Positions 1 through 8,866 are shown, numbered from the stretch's first letter. The stretch: DNA of 33,110 bases from Bacillota bacterium (GCA_012799075.1 JAAZLZ010000138.1:1-33110), one strand, 5' to 3'. Translations and numbers: made by a program. The notes: generated by a model not told the origin, from the sequence alone.

Positions 1-86
1 TAGCCCTTTTTGACGGCCATCCCTTTGAGGTTCGCAGCTGCTGCCGGATGGTCCTCATCGACGGTGAAATCGTCCATCGCAGATAG

Positions 87-1403
87 CTATTGGAGTTTCC
101 GGTAAAGCTCAACGGACCTGGCCAGGTACACATTAGCTTGTTCGGCATCGCCAAACTCCCGGTAAAAAAGCCCCAAGTCCGAATAAAGCTCGGCCAGGTC
201 CTTGTCCCCTTCCGCCGGGGCGATGTCCTTCAGGGCCAGACTTGCCTGGCCCAAATGCCAAGCCGCCTTGTCCCGATCGCCAATGCCTTGGTGGGCAGCG
301 GCCAAGGCCAGATGGAGCTTGGTCTTCCGAGCGGGTTCCCCTTGATGGGTCAGGGCCGTTTGATAGGCGGCGATGGCCCGACGGTGATCTCCCTGGGCGG
401 CCAGCAGTCGGCCGTACTCCTCATGGATATTGGCCCGGTTCTTGTTTGAGCCGTGCTCTTCGACCAGCGCCTCGGCCTCTTTGAGGCAGTCCAGTCCTTT
501 CTCGATGTCCCCCGGTTGATTGCGGGCCCGGTAAATGACGGCCAGGTTCACATAAACGTCGATTAACCGCGCCGGGGGTCCGACAGCCCGGAGGAAGTCG
601 GCCGCCCTTGTGGTGGCCCTTAGAGCTTCTTCCGGCTCGCCCCGGAGCTTATGGATGTAGCCCAGGGCCATCTGGAGGTCCCCAAACTTGTAGTAATCGG
701 TATTCTCATCGGACAGCTCAAGGGCCCGGTGCAGCTGGTCCATGCTCTCTTCGTACCGGCCCAAAAAGCAGAGTCCCAGGCCCAGATTCGTCAAGATCCG
801 CAGCCGCAGATAGGCATCCGCCGCTTCCCGGTTGTCGATCAGCTCCAAGGCCTGCTGGAGGTATTCCACGGAACGGTTCCACTGGCCCCGATGGGCGTGG
901 ATGACGCCCAACAAGTTATAGGTGTTAACCAGGCCTGTACCGTCGCCGGCCATTTGAAACTCCTGGGCTGCTTCCTCCAAACGGCCTGTGGCCGCCGCAG
1001 CGCTGCTGCTCTGCCAAAGGGCCCCCCCGAGGTTGTACAAACAAGTGGCCCTCCGTTGGAAATCGGTGGCTGAGCAAAGGGAGAGGGCTTCTTCAAAGCA
1101 GTTGATGGCCTGGGACCAGTTCTTCTCCCGGGTGAAGCTTTGTCCCATGAGGTTTAACTGGTCTACCTTGGGGGATCTTTCCAGTTCATCCACCCCCACG
1201 CTTTCATCGAGGAAGAAGCTGACGGGCTTATTCAACCGTTCGGCAATGATATACAGGCTTTTTAACGAAGGGTTTGCTTCATTCTTCTCGATCTGACTGA
1301 TGAAGCTCTTGGTGAAGTCATCACCAGCCAGCTCCTGTTGAGTAAGGTTTAATCTCTTGCGCAGGTACCTTACCTTCTCGCCGAGGGTCATCCCCGTTTT
1401 CAT
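87..1403 (-). CDS. XRE-family helix-turn-helix transcriptional regulator with C-terminal TPR repeats (RNPP-like architecture)
   Basis: 438-aa ORF. The N-terminus (LGEKVRYLRKRLNLTQQELA...ISQIEKNEANPSLKSL) is a classic Cro/C1-type HTH. The remainder is a series of ~34-aa A/L/Y/G-rich helical repeats typical of TPR. The ATG at 1403 is preceded on the minus strand by AAAGGAGAG. Confidence 0.85.
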   Translation of the reverse strand: MKTGMTLGEKVRYLRKRLNLTQQELAGDDFTKSFISQIEKNEANPSLKSLYIIAERLNKPVSFFLDESVGVDELERSPKVDQLNLMGQSFTREKNWSQAINCFEEALSLCSATDFQRRATCLYNLGGALWQSSSAAAATGRLEEAAQEFQMAGDGTGLVNTYNLLGVIHAHRGQWNRSVEYLQQALELIDNREAADAYLRLRILTNLGLGLCFLGRYEESMDQLHRALELSDENTDYYKFGDLQMALGYIHKLRGEPEEALRATTRAADFLRAVGPPARLIDVYVNLAVIYRARNQPGDIEKGLDCLKEAEALVEEHGSNKNRANIHEEYGRLLAAQGDHRRAIAAYQTALTHQGEPARKTKLHLALAAAHQGIGDRDKAAWHLGQASLALKDIAPAEGDKDLAELYSDLGLFYREFGDAEQANVYLARSVELYRKLQ

Positions 1404-1531
1404 GCATAACTCTCCTTTAGCAGTGGCATTAGGGCTGGCAGCAAAGTCAAATCCCCCACCTTTCTTTAAATTATCATAGGCTCCTTATCCCGTCAAACGA
1501 AAAGAGAGCAAACGCGGGAGTAATCCCACAC

Positions 1532-1560
1532 TTGACACGAGTTCACCCTGAGAGTAATAT
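1532..1560 (+). promoter_or_regulatory. Sigma-A-like promoter (TTGACA-N17-TAATAT) in the long intergenic region upstream of csfB
   Basis: Exact TTGACA at 1532-1537, a 17-nt spacer, then TAATAT at 1555-1560. Read directly from the sequence; the target transcript is unclear. Confidence 0.35.
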
Positions 1561-1857
1561 TAGAGTATAACGCAAGAATAGCAAGAAAGGAGAAGGATAA
1601 TGAGGTTCTTATCGGGTAGAGGTATCCTATGTTACATAATACGTGTAATTGGCCGCTTACGACCCGCCGGCAAGATCAGGGACTGTCGACGAACGGAAAG
1701 GTGCTCCCTGAGCTTGCCTCCCCTCGACCCGGGACCTTATTGCCTCCTCCCGCCGCGGCGGGGCTTGCGAAGGCCTTAGAGCAGGAAGATGGCCGTTTTT
1801 GTGTAAATATAGTAACATGTCACCTTACCGGTGCTTAGGGCATAGGCTGGTGAACGG

Positions 1858-2082
1858 GTGGTGAAGAGGATGGCTGATGGAAAACAATGCTTTGTGTGCG
1901 GCCGCTTGGTGGGGACAGCCCTGATCATCCGGGGGCACTACCTGTGCACGGCCTGCGAGGAACGCATAGCCCAGGCCCAGGTGACGGACCCTTTCTATGG
2001 GATGTTGGTTGAGAAAATCAAGACCATTTGGTCTTATCGGGGTGATGAATTTTGCTGCGAGGGGGGAGCATCCCCTACTTAG
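1858..2082 (+). CDS. csfB: Anti-sigma-G factor Gin (CsfB) family zinc-binding protein
   Basis: The pattern CFVCG...HYLCTACEERI...VTDPFYG.LVEKIK matches the CxxC-N-CxxC-E..I...SDP.Y...KLK layout I recall for B. subtilis Gin/CsfB. Its position upstream of the yaaO-tmk cluster matches Bacillus synteny. The start is ambiguous (GTG 1858/1861 or ATG 1870). Confidence 0.7.
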   Translation: MVKRMADGKQCFVCGRLVGTALIIRGHYLCTACEERIAQAQVTDPFYGMLVEKIKTIWSYRGDEFCCEGGASPT

Positions 2083-3503
2083 AAGGCGTCCTCGAGTACA
2101 TAGACAGCGCCTCCACGGCCTTTCATACTCCTGGGCACAAGCAGGGCAAGGGGGCATATGCTCCCTTGTCTTTACTTTTAGGGGAGAGGTGCTTCCAGGC
2201 CGATGTGGGTGATGAAGTGGGGGGCATGGAGGATGCAGACGTTTTGCTTGACCGGGCGGAAGAATTGGCAGCCCGGTTGTACGGGGTGGACAGGACCTAC
2301 TTCCTCATCAATGGCACCACCTCCGCCCTCCAGGCGATGCTCATGGGAGCCTTTTCCCCCGGGGATGAGCTGCTCATTTCCCGGAACATGCATCTGGCTG
2401 CGGCGGCCGGGTTGATCTTAGCCGGACTTGAGCCTGTTTTCATCCCGGAAAAATGGTGCCCCCATTTGGGCCTTCCCCTAGGGTGGGACATGCATCACTG
2501 GCAGAAGGCGGGGGAGGAGCATCCAAAGGCCAAGGGGGCCTTCCTCGTCTATCCCACGTATCAGGGTTTTTGCCCCGATCTGGCTCCCCTCATCGATGCA
2601 GTCAAAGCCCAGGGGAAGCTAGTCTTAGTGGATGAGGCCCACGGACCCCACTTGGCCCTAAGTTCCAGTCTGCCTCCTTCAGCCTGCGAGCTGGGGGCCC
2701 ATTTGGTGGCCCATAGTGCCCATAAGATCCTAGGGGCCCTCACCCAAAGCTCATTTTTGCACGTGCAAGGGAAAAGCCCCGATCGTTTAAGTAGGGCTGT
2801 CGAGCTGCTTCTTAGCACCAGTCCGTCTCCCTTGCTCTTGGCCAGCCTTGATGGAGCCAGGGCCCAGATGGAGGAGGGCGAAAAGCTTTGGGACAAGGCC
2901 CTTAACCTTGCCCGAAAGGCCCAGGAGCGGATTCAAGAACTGCCGGGTCTGTCCATCTGCGGCCCTGATTACGTCAAGGCGGGTCTGATTCCCCGCTGCG
3001 ATCCGACGAAGCTGGTGGTCTGCGTCCAAGAGCTAGGCTATACCGGTTGGGAGGCTGCCTCTCTTTTAAAAAAGTATGGGATCCAAGTGGAAATGGCCGA
3101 TTGGTGGACCGTCCTCTTCCTATTGACCTATGCCGATGGCCCGGCAGAGGTGGATGCTTTAGTCGCCGGGCTTGAGAAGCTTACGGCAACTCCCCCTCCC
3201 GATGGGGGAAAGGCCGCGGCCAGGCTCTTGGGCGAGGAGATCAGGCCTCCGGCCATCCCGCCCCGATCCTTATCTCCCCGGGAGGCATTCTTCCGGCCGC
3301 GGGTGAAGGTGCCCCTGGATCAGGCCCTCGGCCGGACCGCCGCGGAAATAATCGCCCCTTATCCCCCGGGAAGCCCGATCATCATCCCCGGAGAAGTCTT
3401 TACCGAAGAAATCCTCGACTATCTGCGCCTGCTTAAGGGCTGCCAAGTCAAGGTGCGCGGCGTTGATGACCCTTCCCTGGCCGAGGTGGCGGTAGTTGCT
3501 TAG
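2052..3503 (+). CDS. yaaO: PLP-dependent Orn/Lys/Arg decarboxylase family protein (YaaO-like)
   Basis: N-terminal FHTPGHKQG motif and the PLP-lysine context SAHKILGALTQSS. The size (~480 aa) and position between csfB and tmk match B. subtilis yaaO. A TTG start at 2052 overlaps the end of csfB by 31 nt, so the start is uncertain. Confidence 0.8.
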   Translation: MLRGGSIPYLEGVLEYIDSASTAFHTPGHKQGKGAYAPLSLLLGERCFQADVGDEVGGMEDADVLLDRAEELAARLYGVDRTYFLINGTTSALQAMLMGAFSPGDELLISRNMHLAAAAGLILAGLEPVFIPEKWCPHLGLPLGWDMHHWQKAGEEHPKAKGAFLVYPTYQGFCPDLAPLIDAVKAQGKLVLVDEAHGPHLALSSSLPPSACELGAHLVAHSAHKILGALTQSSFLHVQGKSPDRLSRAVELLLSTSPSPLLLASLDGARAQMEEGEKLWDKALNLARKAQERIQELPGLSICGPDYVKAGLIPRCDPTKLVVCVQELGYTGWEAASLLKKYGIQVEMADWWTVLFLLTYADGPAEVDALVAGLEKLTATPPPDGGKAAARLLGEEIRPPAIPPRSLSPREAFFRPRVKVPLDQALGRTAAEIIAPYPPGSPIIIPGEVFTEEILDYLRLLKGCQVKVRGVDDPSLAEVAVVA

Positions 3504-3550
3504 CCGATTTCCGGTATAATACTAGCAGAGGGAATGGGGGCGGTAACAGT

Positions 3551-4837
3551 ATGAATCAAAGAGAAATCGTCGACGACTTGGACCGGCTCCTTGAGGTGCT
3601 CCCTTCCCCTGTCCGCCAAGAAGTGGTGAAGATGGGGGATCGGCAGGATCTTTTGGAGATAGTGCTGGATTTGGGCCGGCAGCCGGAAGTTCGTTTGCCC
3701 ACTGAATTTCGTTCTTTGAACCTTGACGCTGTCACCCGGGAGGACATCGATTACGTCCTGAAGCGGGTGGGACATTTCGGATCCGACAATCGGGCCGGCA
3801 TTGAAAGGACCCTCCACCGGATCTCCGCCATCCGCAATCGGCGGGGAGATGTGGTGGGACTGACCTGTCGGATTGGACGGGCTGTGTTCGGGACCATCGA
3901 CATCATCCGGGATGTGGTGGAGGAGGGGCAGAGCTTCCTCCTCCTTGGCAGGCCCGGGGTGGGGAAGACCACCATGCTCCGGGAAGTGGCCCGGGTCCTG
4001 GCCGATGAACTGGACAAACGGGTGATTATCGTGGACACTTCAAATGAGATCGCGGGGGACGGGGACATCCCCCATCCGGCCATCGGCCGGGCCCGCCGGA
4101 TGCAGGTGGCCCATCCCGATCAGCAGGCTGCAGTCATGATCGAAGCTGTTGAAAACCATATGCCTGAGGTGATCGTTATCGACGAGATCGGGACGGAAAA
4201 GGAAGCCGCCGCGGCCCGCACCATCGCGGAGCGGGGAGTTCAGCTGATCGGCACCGCCCACGGCACCACCTTGGAGAGCCTGATGGCCAATCCGACCCTG
4301 GTGGACCTGTTGGGGGGGCTCCAGGCGGTCACGCTGGGGGATGAAGAAGCCCGGAAGAGGGGCTCCCAAAAGACCGTTCTGGAGCGGAAGGCCCCGCCCA
4401 CCTTCGAGGTGGTGGTGGAAATCCGCGGCCGGAATCTGCTGGTAGTGCATCGGAATGTGGCTTCCACCGTTGATGCCCTCCTGCGGGGGGCCATGGTCCT
4501 CCCCGAGGTGCGGATGCGGGATGACAAGGGCAAAATCACCATCACCCCAGGGAGTGAACCTTCCTTGCCGGCGGTGCAAAAAGTCAACTACCGCCTGTTT
4601 CCCTACGGGGTGAGCCGCAACCGCATCGAAAAGGCCATCAGCAACACAGGGGCGGCGGTGACCTTGACTGGCGATTTGCGGGATGCAGATCTGGTCCTCA
4701 CCTTGAAGGGACAGTATCGCAAGATGCCGAAAGGTCTAAGGGAAGCTGAACAGAGAGGACTTCCCATTGAAATCATCCGGAGCAATACCGTTACCCAAAT
4801 CGAAGGCTTCCTTGCCCAGCTGATGGGAAGGGATTAG
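3551..4837 (+). CDS. SpoIIIAA-like / Ycf45-type AAA ATPase with C-terminal R3H-type nucleic-acid-binding region
   Basis: Walker A GRPGVGKTTMLRE and Walker B VIVIDEIG, followed by TAHG. The overall layout resembles the R3H-domain ATPases annotated in Clostridia and cyanobacteria. ATG start with an upstream GGGGG. Confidence 0.7.
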   Translation: MNQREIVDDLDRLLEVLPSPVRQEVVKMGDRQDLLEIVLDLGRQPEVRLPTEFRSLNLDAVTREDIDYVLKRVGHFGSDNRAGIERTLHRISAIRNRRGDVVGLTCRIGRAVFGTIDIIRDVVEEGQSFLLLGRPGVGKTTMLREVARVLADELDKRVIIVDTSNEIAGDGDIPHPAIGRARRMQVAHPDQQAAVMIEAVENHMPEVIVIDEIGTEKEAAAARTIAERGVQLIGTAHGTTLESLMANPTLVDLLGGLQAVTLGDEEARKRGSQKTVLERKAPPTFEVVVEIRGRNLLVVHRNVASTVDALLRGAMVLPEVRMRDDKGKITITPGSEPSLPAVQKVNYRLFPYGVSRNRIEKAISNTGAAVTLTGDLRDADLVLTLKGQYRKMPKGLREAEQRGLPIEIIRSNTVTQIEGFLAQLMGRD

Positions 4838-4847
4838 GAGAGGCGCC

Positions 4848-5477
4848 ATGAAAGGTTTTTTCATTACTTTAGAAGGGCCCGACGGCGGCGGGAAAACAAC
4901 CCAGGCCAAGCTCCTCCTGGAATTCTTGGAGGAGCAGGGACGGCCCGGCCTCCATACCGTTGAGCCTGGGGGAACGGAGATTGGCCGGGCCATCCGGGCC
5001 CTGGTCCTCAATCCCCGCTGGCGGCAAATGGCCAGTCGGACCGAGCTGTTGCTCATGGCCGCCGACCGGGCCCAGCATGTGGCCGAAGTGATTCGCCCTG
5101 CCTTGGCTGCGGGTCAGGTGGTCGTCTGTGAGCGCTATGTGGATTCATCCTTGGCCTATCAAGGTTATGGCCTGGGTGAAGACTTAAGATTGATCGATCA
5201 GGCCAACGAATTGGCCGCGGGGGGATTGCTCCCCGACCTCACCATTGTCTTGGATGTGGAACCGGCGACGGCCCTAGCCCGCACTGCCTGCCGGACCCAA
5301 AGGGATCGGATCGAAGGCCGGGGACTTGAGTTTCAGGCTCGGGTTCGGGAGGGCTACCAAAAGCTTTGTGCGGCCTTTCCTGAACGGATGCACCTCATCT
5401 CCGCAGAAGGAGATGTAAAGGCGGTTCACCGGCGCATTGCCGAGTTGGTTGCCAGTCGAATTCCAGGAAGGGGCTAG
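4848..5477 (+). CDS. tmk: Thymidylate kinase
   Basis: FITLEGPDGGGKTTQ P-loop, a DRY-like CERYVDSSLAYQG motif and a length of 209 aa. RBS AGGAGAGG lies upstream. Confidence 0.95.
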   Translation: MKGFFITLEGPDGGGKTTQAKLLLEFLEEQGRPGLHTVEPGGTEIGRAIRALVLNPRWRQMASRTELLLMAADRAQHVAEVIRPALAAGQVVVCERYVDSSLAYQGYGLGEDLRLIDQANELAAGGLLPDLTIVLDVEPATALARTACRTQRDRIEGRGLEFQARVREGYQKLCAAFPERMHLISAEGDVKAVHRRIAELVASRIPGRG

Positions 5478-5482
5478 AGGAA

Positions 5483-5923
5483 ATGAAAATCGAGCCCTTT
5501 AAAAGACGTCCAACGGCCAAGGAATCCAGATCGCCCCGGACAAGGGCCGCCATCCGGCCCGTCCCCTTCGCCCAGGAGCTCCAAGAAGCATCCCGGGGGG
5601 ATGGGGAGGCCTTAGACGAACTGTTGGCCAAGGTAGATGAGCTGGCGGAGAAGCTCCTTGAGGCTCCCTCCCTTGAACTGCTGGAACAATACAAAGCGGC
5701 GGTGGGGGATTTTCTCCAAAGGGTCCTGGCCCGGGCCCACCGGCTGGAAGAGCGGGGCTTCATGGATGCACGCGGGCGCAGGCGGGTTTACGTTTTGGTG
5801 CGCTGCGTCGATGAAAGACTAGCGGAGCTGGCTGAGGGCTTTCTACGGAGCCAGGAGAAGGGTTTGGCCCTAGTTGCCATGCTAGATGAGATCCGGGGCC
5901 TCCTCCTTGACCTTTATTTTTAG
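5483..5923 (+). CDS. yaaR: YaaR (DUF327) family protein
   Basis: 146 aa, the same length as B. subtilis YaaR, helical and acidic. It sits between tmk and holB, which is the conserved synteny. Confidence 0.65.
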   Translation: MKIEPFKRRPTAKESRSPRTRAAIRPVPFAQELQEASRGDGEALDELLAKVDELAEKLLEAPSLELLEQYKAAVGDFLQRVLARAHRLEERGFMDARGRRRVYVLVRCVDERLAELAEGFLRSQEKGLALVAMLDEIRGLLLDLYF

Positions 5924-5937
5924 CGGGGTGTATTGAA

Positions 5938-6921
5938 ATGCTTGGCTGGGAACCGGTGATAGGACAGGAACATGTCCAAGAGGTGCTGCAGCAGGCTTTG
6001 GCAAAGGGCCGTCTGGGCCATGCCTACTTGTTCTCCGGTCCGGAGGGCCTGGGCCAGGAGAAGGTCCTTGATGCCCTTGCAGCCTCCCTTAGCTGCAGCG
6101 TGAATATCCTTAAGCCCTGCGGGGAGTGTGAAGGGTGCCGGGCCTATGCCGGGGGGAACCATCCGGATCTACACCGGGTTGTTCCCGACGGGGCTTCCAT
6201 CAAGCTCGATCAGATACGCTCCCTCCAGCAGGTCTTATCCTTGCACCCCTACCTGGGGAGCTATCGGGTGTGCATCGTCGATGGAGCGGAGGCCATGACC
6301 ATCCAAGCGGCCAACAGCTTCCTGAAGATGCTGGAAGAACCGGGGGACCGGGTGGTCTTCATCCTCCTTTGCCGGAGCACCCAGTCCTTGCCAAAAACAG
6401 TGGTATCCCGCTGCCAGGTCCTTCCCTTCCGGCCCATACCCCTTAGCGTCCTGCAGGATCGATTGCAGGAGGAGGGCGCGCCCCCCAACAAGGCCCAGGC
6501 AGCGGCTTTTCTGTCGGGGGGAAGACCGGGGGAGGCCCAAAGGCTCCTTCAGGATGAAAACTGGCAGGAGCGGGAAAGGATCATTGGAGACCTGGGGGCT
6601 TTCCCGGGGGTGGGCGGGGCCCGGGTGCTTGCCCTTGCCGAAGAGTGGTCCAAGGATCGGGAGAAGGTGGACCTTTTCTTAGATATGGCTCTGCTGTGGT
6701 ACCGGGACCTGCTGGTCCTAGCTACAACGGATCGCAAGGACTTGGTGGTTAATTGCGATCACCTTCCGGAACTAGTCAACCAAGCACAAAGGTACGCTCC
6801 CGGGGAGCTCCTGCGGGCCCTCGAGAGCATCGAGGGCTGCCGGTCCAAGCTTGCTGGCAATGTCAATCTCCGTCTTCTACTGGAAGACATATTCTTTACC
6901 TTGGAAAAAGAGGTGGTGTAA
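5938..6921 (+). CDS. holB: DNA polymerase III subunit delta prime
   Basis: HAYLFSGPEGLGQ degenerate P-loop, a CGECEGCRAY zinc module, an NSFLKMLEEP sensor motif and SRCQVLPF. Confidence 0.9.
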   Translation: MLGWEPVIGQEHVQEVLQQALAKGRLGHAYLFSGPEGLGQEKVLDALAASLSCSVNILKPCGECEGCRAYAGGNHPDLHRVVPDGASIKLDQIRSLQQVLSLHPYLGSYRVCIVDGAEAMTIQAANSFLKMLEEPGDRVVFILLCRSTQSLPKTVVSRCQVLPFRPIPLSVLQDRLQEEGAPPNKAQAAAFLSGGRPGEAQRLLQDENWQERERIIGDLGAFPGVGGARVLALAEEWSKDREKVDLFLDMALLWYRDLLVLATTDRKDLVVNCDHLPELVNQAQRYAPGELLRALESIEGCRSKLAGNVNLRLLLEDIFFTLEKEVV

Positions 6922-7727
6922 TGGTCAAAGTCGTTGGCGTGCGATTCAAAAAAGCCGGGAAAATCTACTATTTCGACCCGGATGATATAGAGCTGGAGGC
7001 GGGGATCAACGTCATTGTGGAAACAGCCCGGGGGCTGGAATTTGGGGAAGTGGTTGTCGGCCCCAAAATGGTGACGGAAGAAGAAGTTGTCCAACCCCTC
7101 AAAAAAGTCATCCGCCGGGCGACGGAGGAGGACTTTGAACACTTAGAGGAAAACCGGGGAAAAGAGACCCGGGCCTTTGATATTGGCCTGGCCAAGATCG
7201 CCAAGCACGGTCTGCCCATGAAGCTGGTCGATGTGGAGTACACCTTCGATAATGCTAAGATCATCTTTTACTTCACTGCCGATGGCCGGGTGGACTTTAG
7301 GGAGCTGGTCAAGGATTTAGCCGGGGTTTTCAAGACCAGGATCGAACTTAGGCAAATCGGGGTGCGGGATGAGGCCAAAATGATCGGGGGACTGGGCCCT
7401 TGCGGGAGGAGTCTGTGCTGTGTGACCTTTCTGGGGGATTTCGAGCCCGTCTGCATCCGGATGGCGAAAGAGCAGAACCTCTCCCTGAACCCCACCAAGA
7501 TTTCCGGCATTTGCGGTCGCCTCATGTGCTGCCTCAAATTCGAAACGGAGCTCTACCGGGAGGAGAAAGCCCGGGAGGAAAAGGAGAAGGAGCCGGCCAA
7601 AGCTGTGCCGGAGGAAGACACAAACGAATCCGCGGCCGCTGAAGAGGCGCCGAAGCCAACGAAGAAGTCTCGTCGGCGTCGTCGGCCCCGCAAGAAGAAA
7701 AAGAAGTCGTCGAAAAAGGAGTCCTGA
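6921..7727 (+). CDS. ricT: PSP1-domain protein RicT/YaaT (stage 0 sporulation / RNA-processing Ric complex component)
   Basis: The sequence from MVKVVGVRFKKAGKIYYFDP through CGRLMCCLKFE is the typical YaaT/PSP1 pattern. The ATG at 6921 overlaps the holB stop (TAATG). The ORF-track extension back to 6753 lies inside holB and was discarded. The C-terminus is strongly polybasic. Confidence 0.88.
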   Translation: MVKVVGVRFKKAGKIYYFDPDDIELEAGINVIVETARGLEFGEVVVGPKMVTEEEVVQPLKKVIRRATEEDFEHLEENRGKETRAFDIGLAKIAKHGLPMKLVDVEYTFDNAKIIFYFTADGRVDFRELVKDLAGVFKTRIELRQIGVRDEAKMIGGLGPCGRSLCCVTFLGDFEPVCIRMAKEQNLSLNPTKISGICGRLMCCLKFETELYREEKAREEKEKEPAKAVPEEDTNESAAAEEAPKPTKKSRRRRRPRKKKKKSSKKES

Positions 7728-7731
7728 GTGA

Positions 7732-8580
7732 ATGGCTGGGGAACTTTATGTATGTGCCACTCCCATCGGCAATTTGGAGGACATTACCCTCAGGGCCCTG
7801 CGCATCCTGGGGGAGGCCAACTTGATCGCCGCGGAGGATACCCAGCGGACCAGGGTGCTCCTTGCCCACTACGATATTGCCGCTCCCCTTATCAGCTACA
7901 ATGAGCACAATCGAAAGCAGCGGCTGCCGGTGATCATGGAGAAGCTAAAGGAGGGCGGCAAGGTGGTGCTGGTCAGTGACGCCGGCACCCCTGGAATTGC
8001 CGATCCGGGTCCGATGCTGGTGGCCGAGGCCCGCAAACGGGGGTTCCCTGTAATCCCCCTGCCTGGGCCTAGTGCCTTAAGCACCGCCCTGTCCATCTGC
8101 GGACTCGGTATGACCCAGTTCACCTTTACGGGTTTTCTGCCCCGCCGGGCCGGAGAGCGGGAAAGGCTCCTGATGGAGCTGCGGCAATCGGGGCGGGGAG
8201 TTGTCTGCTACGAGTCGCCCCACCGGATCGAGGCCGCCTTGGCAAGCCTGGCCAAGGTTTGGCCCGACGCAAAGGTGGCTTTCCTGCGGGAGTTGACCAA
8301 GATCTACGAAGAGGTCCTAGTCGGCTCTCCCGGCCAGATTGCAGCGGAGCTGACAGCCAGTCCCCGACGGGGTGAAATGGTCCTAGTTATTGAAGGCGAC
8401 CGGGATGGCGGCCAAGAAAGGACGTTTAGTCAGGAGCAGATCCGGGAAAAGGTAGTTGTCCTAATGGAAGTAATGGACAAGAAACAAGCCATCAAAGAAG
8501 CAGCGGCCGAATTGGGCATACCAAAGCGAATAGTCTATCGGGCGGTCATCGATCTGCCTGGACGGGGGAAGATGGGCTAG
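7732..8580 (+). CDS. rsmI: 16S rRNA (cytidine1402-2'-O)-methyltransferase
   Basis: LYVCATPIGNLEDITLRAL, AEDTR-like AEDTQRTR, SDAGTPGIADPG and YESPHR motifs. Position next to abrB matches Bacillus yabC. Confidence 0.92.
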   Translation: MAGELYVCATPIGNLEDITLRALRILGEANLIAAEDTQRTRVLLAHYDIAAPLISYNEHNRKQRLPVIMEKLKEGGKVVLVSDAGTPGIADPGPMLVAEARKRGFPVIPLPGPSALSTALSICGLGMTQFTFTGFLPRRAGERERLLMELRQSGRGVVCYESPHRIEAALASLAKVWPDAKVAFLRELTKIYEEVLVGSPGQIAAELTASPRRGEMVLVIEGDRDGGQERTFSQEQIREKVVVLMEVMDKKQAIKEAAAELGIPKRIVYRAVIDLPGRGKMG

Positions 8581-8822
8581 GAATTGTCTTTGAGCTGTTT
8601 TAGACAGTCAAGGCAGATATTTCGGCCTCGAAAGCTGGTCATGTTTTCGCTGTTGCCGCAGAAAACACAGGCGGGCTCGTATTTTTTCAGGACGATGTTT
8701 CCTTCATCGACGTAGATCTCCAACGGGTCCTTTTCTTTGATGCGCAAAGTGCGGCGCAGTTCGATGGGGATGACAACCCGGCCAAGCTCATCGACTTTAC
8801 GGACGATGCCTGTGGATTTCAA
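8577..8822 (-). CDS. abrB: AbrB/SpoVT-family transition-state regulator
   Basis: (M)KSTGIVRKVDELGRVVIPIELRRTL is near-identical to the canonical AbrB N-terminal swapped-hairpin domain. The start is most likely the TTG at 8822, 7-8 nt after GAGGGGGG. The ORF-track ATG at 8855 would add 11 atypical residues. The C-terminal CVFCG...CLDC four-Cys module resembles clostridial AbrB homologues. Confidence 0.9.
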   Translation of the reverse strand: MKSTGIVRKVDELGRVVIPIELRRTLRIKEKDPLEIYVDEGNIVLKKYEPACVFCGNSENMTSFRGRNICLDCLKQLKDNS

Positions 8823-8866
8823 CCTAAACCCCCCCTCTGGTTTTGGTTGTACCATCTTTTGGTTAA

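Noticed and set aside
1-77. A partial minus-strand ORF (MDDFTVDEDHPAAAANLKGMAVKKG...) immediately downstream of the XRE-TPR regulator.
   Set aside because: Only 25 codons are visible, there is no clear RBS and no recognisable motif. That is too little to call a feature, so it is mentioned only as context in a finding.
1600-1779. A 59-codon ORF with a good RBS in the csfB upstream region.
   Set aside because: Its Arg/Pro/Cys-rich composition looks non-coding and I recognise no homology. It is kept as a finding to test rather than a called CDS.
6753-6920. The 5' extension of the ricT ORF back to 6753. Similar track extensions exist for abrB to 8855, metG to 11373, the nucleotidyltransferase to 15974 and the S41 peptidase to 30540.
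   Set aside because: The extensions overlap upstream genes or RBS sequences and add non-conserved residues. Internal starts with proper Shine-Dalgarno spacing reproduce the canonical family N-termini.
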